Shown here piece by piece: positions 1-13,283 of a stretch of DNA of 64,000 nucleotides; positions within the stretch are counted from its first letter, which is position 1; each line of letters starts with the position of its first letter. This stretch comes from Styela clava. Lineage: Eukaryota. Made by a program: the position numbers and the translations under genes. Under the pieces are notes generated by a model. It saw only the letters and a list, made by a program, of their open reading frames with translations. It did no database searches and was not told the DNA's origin. Location of the stretch: NCBI RefSeq assembly GCF_964204865.1, contig NC_135258.1, forward strand, positions 14,446,001 to 14,510,000, in the 5' to 3' direction.

Positions 1-1675
1 TGTCCACAGAGAAAAATCTAGTCGTTATGACGTCACGGGTTTCAGACGTATTTCTTTTATTTCTGCTTTTATCCGCGGGTTGGACACTCCGTCTCTGTAC
101 AAAAAAAAAATACAATACACAAGACTAAACACACAGAACGGAAATTCAGGAAGATTACCAAACTTTAAGTGAGGTTTGAAACATGAGAATCTCACATTGC
201 GTTATAGCGTAAATATATACTACTACGTTATAGGTATTAGTATATATTTATGGTTATTGGACACGAAGTGGACATAACGATCGTTTCAATATTATGTTGT
301 TGTTGTTGTTGTTCTTTGACACGTTTTTAAAAAGTCGCTTTTCTCTTCGAATAGAATACTGAACCAATTGCTTTGAAATTTTCAGTGGTTAAAGATTAAT
401 TTTTTCGCTAGAAGGCTATTACTTTTATTTATTTCAAAATTTTGCGTGAATTCTATGAAATTTGATATTTCTTCTAAAATTTTGCTGTATTATTTTTTAT
501 CCGTGGGAACACGGATTTTAGTCAGTGTCATGACTGGCTGTACGTTTTGATTCTGCAAAATCCTTGCTACTGAAAATTCAGAACTTTTTTGAGGGTACCG
601 GTAGCGTCAAAGGTGCCGGTAAGGACTAATTCGCTCTGGTCTAACGTGTCCATATATTTGTGCGTAGCTCTCTTGTAGTATATACCGGTTCCGTACCGTA
701 GGAGAAACACACGGCGGTATACAATACGATGAAAACGATCTATATTTGCGAATCCAGTTTTCCAAACCTTTCCCTTTCTGACACGAATAAAGACTTTGGA
801 TATATCCCGCTTTTGAATGCCAGATTTTGATAATTACAGTACATGATAAACCCGTGTGTTGTAGGACGGCACTGTACTGGTATCTAATGACGGATTTGTT
901 CGGGTCTCAGTGTAATTAGGAGAGAGAGATATTTATTATCACAAAAACAAAGTCAACACTTTTATAAACATAATATAATAAAGAAAATATTTCAGCAGTA
1001 ATTAGTGATAAAAGTGATTGAATATTGTTTTGTGCGGGTCAGTGTGCAGGACCCATACAAGTCATATAAGCTCCCAATTCCCGATCCTCGTGTATACGCT
1101 GTATATAAGCTCATCATGGCATAGTAAAGTACCATAGGTGAAAGCAAAATAGATGAAATATAAATATATAAAATGTAAATACGATAAAGAAATGAGTGAA
1201 TGAGTCGGCAAGTTGAAGTTATTATTAAAGCCATTAATGGCAATTTAGGATTTTGAGAAGTTGATTTTACATCGGTTGAAGCCGAACATATCCAATGGAA
1301 GAATTTAAAACAATCAAAGATTTCCAAAAAAATTATTTTTTATTGGACAAATTAGTTAGTCAACGTCCCAAACCTCTCGCGACTAGAAACCTGTTTATGA
1401 CGTCGGGTTTTCTGTTGTGCCGTGAATTTCAATACGGAATGGGTTTCTTAAAAAGTTTTCAAATTAAACTTACTATACAATATACAGTGTCTAGCGTACG
1501 GTAGTTAGCAGGATTTACATCGGTTGGAGTTATTTTTCCGCGGGACTCCATCCATTTCTGTTGCAAATATATTATTTAATAAAAATAGAATATGTTAAGA
1601 TGTTTTGTTTTGAATGTTTTCTGTCTGGCCTAAATTTTTAATTTCAAGCCGGCGAAAACGAATTATTATGTAGAC

Positions 1676-3572
1676 CAGGGCTTCCCAAACTTTTGAGCTC
1701 GCGGCACCTTTTTAAATATTAAAATTTTTCGCGGCCCTTGTTCACGTTAAATAATGCCAAACAGTTCGAATTATGCATTTTTGATGTTTTATTGGCACAG
1801 CTAATTCTCAACTTTAACATGTCTACTCAATAACAAAAACAAGCACATATTTATTCAGATTAACGTTTCTCAATTATTCAGTGTAATGGGTACGAATGCT
1901 TTTTGCTGCATAGCAAGACTCAATGTATGTTTATACAGGCCTAAATGATGAATTACGTTGTATGGCTACCGACGACATGGCCCTTATCTCGAATTGTTCA
2001 CTCTTATTGATCAAACTTAGCATAAGGCAGCATTTTGTGCGACGCCAAATTATCAGGGAAAAAACTCATGGCGCACCTACACGAAAAATATACTGCCTCG
2101 AAACAAAACACAATTTTGTCATCGTTAATATGAACTAAATGTCTTTTTGAGGTTTTTAATCATGTAAGCCCGTGGAAAAAAGGCAAAAAGTTAACGTTTC
2201 TTTTTTTTCTTTATCACTGCCTGGTTTTTCTTTGAAATGCTAAAGAAATCACTCAAGTTTGATGAACTCGGTTCAGCAAATGAATAAACTGCAGCCTATA
2301 CGAAATTGCAGCATGTAGTGTAGGGTTTATCTCTTATATTACGTAACAATAGACCCTACATACAGAAAGTAAACACAATAGAACGGCAAAATGACTTTGA
2401 TTCATAAACACGTCATTTGAAACAATAAAACATTTAGAATAAATATGATATGTAATATGTTTCGAGGTGCACTCAGCAAATCGTCTTCGGAAACCGCTAG
2501 CTTAACTATTAAAGCCGTCATTGTTATGCAAACCGCAAATCGGGTTTCACGATCAGAATATGCATTGTTACGCAAGCGCCATCATTCTACCGTGTTTCCC
2601 CGAAGATAAGACCAAGCCTGAATTTTAAAAAGATTTCAATATAAGCGCTCGACTTTAAAAAAGACTTAGTCGATAGCGCGAATTTTTTTTTTTTTTTTAC
2701 TCAATCTCGGGGAAGTGCGTCGTTTTAATTTTGCTAGGACGTCGCAAAATTTCGTGATTCGTGAACCTTTCAAACAACCCATATCTTCTACTTTCACTGG
2801 AAAAAAGAAAGATTAAATCGATCTTACCTGTGATGTTGCTATAATAGGAAAGTTTAATTCTGGAAATTCGGTTTTCTGTAGATAAAGATTATTTGTCCTT
2901 GGTTCAAAAAGCATTGCGCACTCCCATCTTCTTTGCGATTTCGTATTTATATAAAGCAGGCTTTTCTACTAAGGCCCATTAATTGCGATTTCACTGACTG
3001 TCGTTAAGTTTTGTTTGTTCGTTTATATGAAACTCATTGCGAAAAAGGTCCTTTATTAAAAGGTATCTATACGTATTTTCACGGGGAGTCAGTCGCAACT
3101 TGAGCATATTTTTGAAGGGCGTCACAATACGATGAAGTTCGAGAACCACTGCGTCCCATGTCGATAGCAAAAAATATTTTATACTTTTTTAAATGGTTAA
3201 AAGTCTATATGTAGCAGTTATTTAAAATAAAAACGTGCTATTCATTAGTAAATGGAAATCGGTATTCATATTTTGTATAATAAAAAACCTCATTATTCTC
3301 TATCCCAAAAATAAGCCCTAGTGTTATTTTCGAAAGAAAATTGAAGACAGTGTCTTATTTTCGGTAAAACACGGTATTATGATGATGTATTCACTCGGAA
3401 TCGTGGAATCTTTGTTTTACACTATTTGTATAATAATTGTATTTCGAATCAAGAGTCTGAAAAAAGTACAATATATATGGTACTTTGTGTAAAATTGGTG
3501 TTCTTTTTGCGGCCCCTAAAATTCGTTTCGCGGCCCCTTCCAGGGCCGCGGCCCCTAGTTTGGGAAGCCCTG
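1676..3572. mobile_element. Non-autonomous hAT (Charlie-like) DNA transposon carrying nested insertions
   Basis: TIRs CAGGGCTTCCCAAACT / AGTTTGGGAAGCCCTG, perfect 8-bp TSD ATGTAGAC on both sides, subterminal CGCGGCCCC repeats. Confidence 0.9.
2590..3374. mobile_element. TA-flanked pogo/Tc1-like MITE nested in the hAT element
   Basis: TA|CCGTGTTTCCCCGAAGATAAGAC ... GTCTTATTTTCGGTAAAACACGG|TA. A shorter sister copy lies at ~7928-8297. Confidence 0.8.
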
Positions 3573-6500
3573 ATGTAGACTACGTATTATAACATGTCAA
3601 AAATAGTACAACAGTCAATTCAATATGTACCAACAATTTCTATAACAATAAGAGTTCATGTTGACCAAATCAATGTTCGGTTCCATCCAATTATGTTAAT
3701 GTTCATATTAGACAAATCGACATTCGGTTTCCACTATTGTTTGTTGTACATTCTATGTCCGACCAAAGAACGTCTGGTTTTATTTTTATTCGGTTTTTAT
3801 ATTATATTGAAAAGCGTCCTGGTTTTGTCTTTTGAAGTAATTTTCATACCTGCATTGGGTTTCCACTTTCCATCATTCGTATTCGATTAAATATTGTTTG
3901 GTACCATTTGTGGTGAATTTCAAATTTTACCAAGTTAATGCTTGGTTTCTACAATTCGTGGTGAATCTTCAATTTTCCAAATAAAATTTCAGTTTCCAAA
4001 ATTTATGCCATTTTCATATTCGACATACATACATATGGAGTTTTTACCATTAGAGAAACGTTTATCTGGTAGTGCGGCCACCAACACCGATGTTACAAAG
4101 TTAGTTGGAAATATAATTCATTCCCTATCTCAAACTGCATCCCTCATTCGACTGACAAATCTCGTTAGCAAGGGCTGTAGCTTATAGCAATTACATTACA
4201 ATTGGAATGAAATTCGTCCAGTCGGCGAAATGTGACTCGCTCTCGTCACCAATTTAAAAGAAAAGAGCTCATTGAACGTTGAAACAATTTTCAAGTGGAT
4301 CACTACGCCTGATGGACAATGAGTATTTTGTCGCGGGGTTGAAGATTTTAGAATTAAAACAATATATATTATGCAGTGGGTGTCGAGGCAGTTTATTCCA
4401 TACTCGGAATAAGTATTAAAAATTCTAATTGGTATAAATGTCAGGAGTATGCTTCGAGCAGATAGGCATGTATAGATTTCGAATTTTTGCTAACATATAT
4501 ATATGCAAGTCTGATCAAAGTCAGAACGATTTATTTAAATTGCAAGGCACTGCTTTATTGGATTGAGCAAAAGTTTAATTAGGCCACCACGCGTTGCTTT
4601 TATGTTCGTCGGAACTGCGAGGTGTATCTTGTAACTTTTCATTGTCAGTACAATACGTTTGTCATTAATTCCAGGTATGTCCGTGAAAGATTTTGCGCGA
4701 GGATTTTACTAGACTTTACGCTTACAAATGTCTTTTCACGAGGAATAACTTCGCCAAAAACGGAAATATGGTATATGAAAATCTAGCTAATCAAAATAAA
4801 TTTTTGAAAATAAAATATTCAGAGACGATGGGAATAAAAATTTGACATAGAATTCCTAACGTGAATTGGATTGGTATATTATTGCTCAAAGTTAGTTGTT
4901 AAAAATCATATTTGCCCAAGTACAGTTTAGTAACATTGTAAATGTTTTGTCATAGCTCAGCAGTTCCCAAAGGGTGCGCCGCAGCGAGTTGCCCTGTGCT
5001 CCGAGAAAATTCACAGAATTGTGTTAAACATGACTAAATGTTTATTGTTACTTAACAATGAGGTAGACACTACTTGTTGCAATTTCGTGAGCTGCAGTTT
5101 ATTTATCTGCGTTGACGTTTTGCCTTTATTCCTTCGACCTACATGTTTGTAAACTTTAAAAAGCATAAAGTACAAATTAACAATCACAAAATTGAGTTTT
5201 TTTAGTGTAAGTGCGCCGTAAAGCACTATAAACTTCTGTCGTTTCTCCTTTCTCAAATAATCTTTAGTATGTTGATTGTTGGGGTATCCTGGAATAATAC
5301 GATGCAGAAGAGTTTCATAAATTTTTCCCATTATTGTGTTGATTAAAATAAAAATACAGTTGTTATCATTCCCGTTTACCACAATAACAAAACTGAAAAT
5401 AATCAGATGATCGATATACCAGAAGTATATCAAAATTAACCGGTTTGTCGACATAAATTAAGCGAGTATTTATTGCAGCTTTGGCAAAATTTTTGAAGTT
5501 TGCTAATGATACTTGTGAAGATTAATTTTCTGTTTACACGTATGGTGCTGTTTACATAAGATGATTATAGCACGCAGTCAATCAAGTACAACGACTAAAT
5601 GTTTCCCCTGGGGAGTAGTTTAATAATACAAATATATATAGAATTAGGTGTCAGTGATCCATAGTTAAGAGATGACACTTACACAAGATGAAGGTTATTT
5701 ATCCTAAAGTAATAGCTTTAAATAGCTATCCCACACTTTTGAATTGATAGTGTGTAGTTGAGTTTACACCACCAGAAACTCGAGTTAAATCGATTACGGG
5801 TTTTGGACGTGTAGAATCAACCAAATAGCAAAAGAGTATCGTGTAAATGAAAACATTGTGAATGAGTTAGTTCATCGGGGAGGATGATAACGAAACTCTC
5901 ACTTTGCGCGCCTTCGCACCTTTTTAACACCTCATAGAATGTGTGTCATGCATTTAAGAAAATAAAAGAGCTTCGTCAAAATTTCACTTTATTCGGTACA
6001 GAACCACCTTAAATTCGACCCCGAACCAAACGCTACCAAAAATGTGTAAACAATTATATGAGAGTTATATTTTTATCAAGCAGTGCTTACCGAAGGTCGA
6101 TGTTTCACTAATACACATATATATATATATATTATCAACCTTTATTATCCGACTATGCCCACCGCAACGTCAATAAATCGAACTCTTTTTCATCGCAATT
6201 TCCCACGGGACATTTTGACCGAGTCAATCTCACTCGATTGATAACGTTATATTCATTACTTTATTATAATACTTATAAATTATATACGTTGTCCCGCGTC
6301 GTAACTGATCTAGTAATTGAATACCGAATTATGTTTAGTGGAGCTGGCCATGGGTACATGAAATACAGATTGTCGCCTGTGCTTTATCACTGAAATATTT
6401 GAACTAACAAGCTAATTTGATATATTTAGGACAAATTAGATAAGAAGTCTTGGGTCTGGTCTATTGTAGGCTTTCAAAGTGCAATTTCTGTAAAAGTAAA

Positions 6501-7291
6501 CGCGCCCCTATGATCAAGCAGGGCTCGATTTTGGGTTCAGTTTCATCCGCATTATACTGTAACCTGAACTAATTGAATCTATTGTTTTTGACAATGGCTG
6601 GCCATTGATGCTTGGTAGAGCCGACCCTTTATGTATCATAACGTGAAAATATAATGTACAGTACATAGAATGGATTTTCTTATCGTCAGTCCGCACACAG
6701 TGTACGTCAGCCTCCCTCGTTCAATTGCCACTTGCAGATGCACAAATGAAGCCAAATTAGATTAGAATTGCGCAGAAAAGAACGTTGTACGCGTGCAGTT
6801 TCGGATGAAGCGAGTAGCAATTGAAGACGGGGTTACTTTTCTAAATCAGATTTTCAAGCAGGTTATTTAGTAATTGTAATACGCAAGCAGTACGAAAGAA
6901 GTACTCCTCAACGTTAATGGCAATATGTCAGTACGTCATCTTAAGCTTGTAATGCAAGAAAAAGACAGCGTCAATAATCTGCAAATTTTACTGGGAAACT
7001 GAATAAATGTGCACTAATGTACAGTTGTTTTCCATCGATATTAGTTTTATAGCTAGTTGATTTAGATTAGATTGTGATCATGTTTTCTTTATTACGTCAC
7101 AAAACTGTGCTTCTGGACAGGTAACTAGAGTTAAGTTTGTGATTTCTCTACAAATATGATGAAATATCACATACTATACATAGATTGGAATGTAGTATTC
7201 GGAAAAATAATATATTTAATTGTTTTCGAATCAATATATGCGTATTCTATATCTATGCGTTAAATCTTTTGATAGCTAGCTATTTGTGACG

Positions 7292-10200
7292 ATGGATGAA
7301 TCCCAAGCGGGACATAACCATGAACGCAACAAAACTAAAACAAGTTTTACAAAGTCGCGCTCAGCAAAGTCTGGGTGGGTAACCAGCGACCAAAAATTGA
7401 CGGGTAAAACTGTTGTAATAACTGGAGCAAATACCGGAATTGGGTTGGAAACAGCAGTGGACATGGCTGAACGTGACGCCAAACTGATCATAGCTTGCCG
7501 AGATCCACGGAGAGGAGAATCCGCATTCAAACACGTGAGTTTGTACCATTCGCTGCTGGTGTCGATAAATTAGAGAAAAGCACAAATCAGATTTCGGAGT
7601 TGTATCATTCCGAGTATCGTATCGTCTGAGTCGGGTATAAAATCACTCTAATGAGCTGATAAATCACTCTGCCGAGTTGACATTACAGTTTAATGGAATT
7701 TTGCTAAATTTATATGGTCATTTCATTTCCAATATATTTTAGGGAATACTTTTAGCGATCTTAAAAAATATTTTTGTATGGTATCTGAACCGCAATTTTT
7801 TCCGAATCAATCGCGATCTTGTGTGCCTGTGTGGAATAACAGCGCAATGTCGATGCAGGTTTACTGTTCAAATAGTACAATAGGAATAAATGTTATATTC
7901 TGAAAACCTGAATTAGTGCCACACAAACCGTGTTTCCCCGAAAATAAGACCTAGCCTGAATTTCAAAAATGATTTTAATATAAGCCATCCCCCTAAAATA
8001 AGACCTAGTCAATAACGCGGAAATTTTTTTTTGTCCCAGTCGATAGCAAGAAATCTTTCCTACACGTTTTGAATGATTAATAATCTGTTCTGCAGCTATT
8101 TTGAATAAAAAACGTGTTATTTATAAGTAAATGGATATCGGTTTTCATATTTTGCATATTTGAAAATCTCGTTATTCTCTACTTTGTAATTTTGATAAAT
8201 AAAAATATAGGACATCCCCCGAAAATATGCCGTAGCTAGTGCTATTTTACGGAATAAAATTGAAATAAGATCCAGTCTTATTTTTGAGGAAACATGGTAG
8301 ATATATAGGCTATTTGTATATTACATATTTATATATATAATCGTAAATATATACTATACAATTGTATCGTTACAGATAGTCGCCGAGACGGGGTCACAAC
8401 GTGTACGTTTTTCCTTATTAGATTTGTCGTCGTTTTCCTCCGTTAGACAATTTGTCGAAAATTTCAAAAACGAAGAGCAACGCTTAGACATTCTCATTAA
8501 TAATGCAGGTAAACACTGTCTGAAATGCCACGTATGTCCTATGCTTTTTGCAATGTATTAATCTCTTGCATGCCAGGCAATTTGTATTGTTTACTGCTAC
8601 CTGTAGTCTGCAGCAAAAGGCAGCGTAAAAATCTCATAAAAAATATTTACATACATTTATTATGTCTAACAAATTTTCATTTCAGGAATTATGATGTGCC
8701 CTCAGTCTACTACGCAAGACGGGTTTGAGACGCATTTTGGAGTGAATCACCTTGGCCACTTCCTACTAACCTACTTACTGCTCGACTTAATCAAGGTATC
8801 TCAATAGCAAAAAATGGGATAAAGCCGCAAATATATCAAATTTAGATTACCTTAATATGAATTGCAAATACCAAAGAGCTGATGAATGTTATCAATGAAG
8901 CCACGGCTAAAACCCCATGGATCGTTTTTCTAAATTCTTGTTGTCGTTGTTGCTGGGGTAATCGCTCTTTTCACAACTAATTTAAGTAATAACTTAAATA
9001 TGATCGCAGCCGCTAGAAAGCTATTACTTTCTATATATACCCAATATTTCACCAAAAATATATGAACACGAAAGCCAAAACGATGTAGTATCAAATGTTT
9101 TACAGTACTGGTACCAGTCTGACCACCAAATCACTGAGATGTGATCACGGAACGCAATTTTTAATTTTGATGACGTCATGACACAAGACTTCGAAGTAAA
9201 AAACGAATCTCACACAGATACAGCCAACAGATATTTTTAAAATAAATGAAAGTAATAGCCTAGCGATAACAAGAAGCTTGGACCACTGAAAATTAAAGTG
9301 ATTAGTTGAAGAGAAAAGCGATTTTTTTTACAGTGATAACAAAACGATCCATGGGTCCATTTCGTGTCCAAATACTCGGTTCGGTAAGGCCGCACCGGTA
9401 CTGATGCGCGTCTCACCAGTATCTGTGTGAATTGGTATGGCGTTGGGACTTATTTTGCATCAGATAAAGAACTGCAGTGTACCGTTACCTGAGAGATTAA
9501 AATCAATACTCTACTCTACTTTTTTATTTATTAGGCAAGCGCACCAAGCCGCATAATTACATTATCGTCTGTAATGCACAGACGTCTGTACAACGCTCAC
9601 ATTCATTGGAATGATTTAAATTTGAAAAAGTCATATAACGCAAGAGATGCATACAGTCAAAGTAAATTGATGAATGTCTTATTTTCAAGAGAACTTGCAA
9701 AAAGACTGGAAGGTAAGGATTAGAATTATTTATGGTTGGGGAACATTTTGTACCCGACTTGATTCGGATCATGCTATAGTAAAAAAGTCATTTTGACTCT
9801 GATCCTGGGAGGCAACTTTCTGAAGAACATGACCATGCCTTGTAAAAGGATTTGATACTTCCCATTGAAGTTTTCCGGTCGTATATTGTTTTAGGGATTC
9901 AATGCCAATTGACTTCGTACTTCAACCGATCAACTTATTTCTTGAAATTAAAACGTGTTGAAATTGACGTGTTTCAAGGCAATTGTGGGAACAATGGTGT
10001 TGCGGTAACAAGTTGCGTCGAAGGTTAAAATGTCGGGTTCAAATCTCACGCCCATCACCGCACCCAAGGTGTAATAAATCGGATAGGCAACGCCGAACCG
10101 GAAAGATTCCAGAACTTCCAAAATAGTTTCTTACATTTTGATGGCTTATTGGACAGCGCCTTGTTCCGAGTCAAAAGCGTAGTACAAAATAGAAGTAAAA

Positions 10201-11235
10201 CTTGACTTGAAGCCTGAAGTTACTGTATTGTAAATGGTAATGTCAGCAGGGTTTCCCAAACTTTCCGTTCATCGGTACCATTTGGACAATTTAAGATTCG
10301 CTAATGTACCTTCAAAATTGTACTGCGTGCTGTTTGTTATTGGACAAAACAAGTCACGTAAAATGCGAAAGTAGACATGTTGTAGTTGAAGCTTCTAATT
10401 GGGTGAAACCGCGACTTCGTAAGGAATTCTTAAACTCAGGTTTTGTAAATTATTAAAATCAGGTGATAAAAATATATTAAAGCCGAAGAAGAAAAAATAT
10501 GTTCACACTTAATCTAAAGTACCCATTGAAATGGTAAAATGCCCCAGGGGAGTAGTATATGTACCCCAGTTTGGTAACCACTCACTGGCTTATAAAAGTA
10601 TTGTAAGTCAATCTCATCTTTCGTGGTGTCGACACTATGAAGGTTGCACTATGAAGTAATTAACGACATTCTATTTCAGGGACTGGAGTAACAACATATT
10701 GCGTGCATCCAGGCCTAGTAAACACAAAATTGGTGAAATACGCTGGAACTCACGGAAACTGTTGGGACACTCTATTTGGATGCGTTACGAAGTCAACAAA
10801 AGGTTTTTGGAAGACTCCGAGACACGGAGCACAAACTACTATTTATTGTGCAATCGCCCCAGAATTGGAGAATGAAACAGGGAAATATTACAGGTTGGTT
10901 TGCATGGCCAGTACGCAATTCAATCCTTGTCAATAACTTAGCACTATAACTGTTAATTAATAGCGGTGGTAGGAAATGTATCCAATGTTTTTTTGATTGG
11001 CAGTGCATTTGAAACCCTGCATGTTCATACGGTCAAAGAAACCGCTAGGTGGGAGGAAAGAAGGTTTCTCCCAGTAGTATATAATTCGATAAATTTTCAA
11101 AATCACATTGATTATAATGCACTTCTAACTCACCACAGTGAATGCAAGAAAGCAAGAGAAGCATCATCAGGGAGAGATGATGGAGCAGCATGTAAACTAT
11201 GGGAAATCAGCATGAACCTAGTGGAACAAAATTAG
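7292..11235 (+). CDS. Retinol dehydrogenase-like short-chain dehydrogenase/reductase (RDH11/12/13 family), 6 exons
   Basis: Exons ~7292-7534, 8376-8508, 8686-8795, 9535-9712, 10680-10892, 11139-11235 with GT-AG junctions. Motifs: TGANTGIG (Rossmann fold), [26 protein letters not shown], catalytic [37 protein letters not shown]. Confidence 0.92.
7928..8297. mobile_element. pogo/Tc1-like MITE, same family as 2590-3374, in RDH intron 1
   Basis: CCGTGTTTCCCCGAAAATAAGAC ... GTCTTATTTTTGAGGAAACATGG|TA; internal sequence is colinear with the 2590 copy. Confidence 0.8.
8910..9372. mobile_element. Degenerate palindromic MITE; related copy at ~255-430
   Basis: Inverted ends CCATGGATCGTTTT..GCTATTACTTT versus AAAGTAATAGC..AAAACGATCCATGG; the same motifs recur near the window start. 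Confidence 0.55.
10247..10582. mobile_element. Degenerate hAT-like MITE in an RDH intron
   Basis: CAGGGTTTCCCAAACT ... AGTTTGGTAACCACT termini; TSD not recognisable. Confidence 0.55.
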
Positions 11236-13283
11236 CAATAATTATTTTCTGCTCCTCTGAGATAATTCTCTTCAAAAATAAGAAGATATAAATTATTTTA
11301 CCATTCCTTTGTGGTGTTAAATTCTGTAAAACTGGGATGCCGATCAGTTTTCCCTATCCTCTTATAGAGTACGAAAAAGAAACGTCGCGATGTTTTCCTC
11401 AATCTCCTTAAACTCCGTAAAAAGGATTTCAGACGTGACGCTATGACATATTCAAAACAAAGAATCCGCCTTTCCATCAGCACAAGGGGTAATTAAAGAT
11501 TGCACCATACCAAAATGTCTTCAAATATCAAAAAACTTATGGAAGATCACCAAGCTGATCCATCTTATCAGAAAAACACGATCTATATACTATGATTTAA
11601 TTAATTTTCTTTGCAACTTTATGTTTTTTTTCGCGTGGACGGGCGGCAGTGATGATGTTCAGAGTGTTGTAAGGGGGCGAAAGTACATAAATGTTTGAGA
11701 AGCAATAGTTTGAGCTACCTAGGATCATTTTTATCTTCGTGAATTGCAAAACGAAAGTATGTATAATAGGACTTGGTATTTAGGTTTAAGACGTGATTCG
11801 GTAACATTTTACACTCATTTAATCCGGGACTATACGAATATCGAATTGGGTTTCCTTTAACATTATCTCGCTATATTATAGCGAACTTTTAGGTCTGTCA
11901 CCACTTCAACATCAATGTTCAACAAGCAAATTATTTTCATCTCGGTATGATGAAATTCTAGATCAAAACGTTGCCAGTGAATACCCATCATAGGAATTTA
12001 AGATATTTGCTAATATACTCAACCTGTCTGCTATTCAAGACAATTGTTTTCTCACTAAAAAAAATATCGGCCAAAATCGTCCATTTCAAAAAGTGCATCT
12101 TGATTAAAATAAATTTACTAGACTAGAAAATGGTTATAGCCATTATTCCCGTTTTCGGGAATTTTTTCTTTATATTATTCAAGATAAGGCGCCGGACAAG
12201 CAGAATAATCATGAATATAACTTAGCTCATAACCGTTATTTACGTTTGAGGAGTTTTCATTCTTTTACTGAGAACAAGGCTCTGGACAAACCCAAGGATT
12301 TTGATAAAATTTGGGTTATAACCGTTAAAATTTATATAGAAGGAATTTAACGTTTTTATACATTCACTCAGAACAAGTCTCGGGAGAAGTAAAGCCAGGC
12401 CAGGAGCAGTTTTTAACAAGTTGTTTGGAAATAGTACACAGTATTGGTTGGTAATTTTGCGCCTAATTCGTTGCCAACTAGGCGGTAGACAAGCTCACAT
12501 AACATATAATTTGGTTTCATTGAGCCTTCGGTCAAATATAGTCAAAGGCGCCTGCACTGCGAATGAAGTGCGTTTACTAATTTATTCGACGATAAACCAA
12601 CATAGCGAGTATTATACAACGTTTGGACTATTTATTATCGCATAAATTAATTGCATATTCTTACATAATCACTCTATTTAACTTATCATTTCATGTGAGA
12701 GGTACATGATTTATTTTTATTTACCGCTTGTGAAAAATCGCTAAATTCCGCCATAATTTCGATTGTGGCCTACCTGTTTTTTCAGTTATTTTATGAAATT
12801 ATTACATCGATCGTTCTAACCACTTTCGGGGGAGTTTTCACAATAGTACGCTAGGAATATACTTGGCGTCAAATTTACTTTAATTAACGCCGAGACCGTC
12901 GAGATTGTCAGGTTATTGAGTAACAAACCAAGTGGTTCTATCTTAAGATAAGCGACAGTGCAAACAAGCTTTTATTTGTGATCTGCCAATAAATATATAC
13001 CTGCATATAAAACATTATATATATGTATGACGGACGGGTGCCCGATACTTGTCAGTCTAATATTCTTTTAAAATACTTAATCAATTCGGCTGTCTTGGAT
13101 AGTGGATCAGTATAAAAGTTATTGTTTTCTGATTATTTTATTTTTAAACGCAAGGTAGATAACAAAATCGTTTATATATATGTTTGATACCATCCAGTAG
13201 GTAGCTGTAATTTATTTTACAATGTGTGATTTATGAGTTTTACTGCCAGCATTGTAAAATTTGGGAAAGGATAGGCAAAGGCC

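Noticed and set aside
5011-5454. 147-aa minus-strand ORF
   Set aside because: No recognisable domain, AT-rich composition, and it adjoins a hAT-like terminus at ~4960; probably repeat-derived or spurious.
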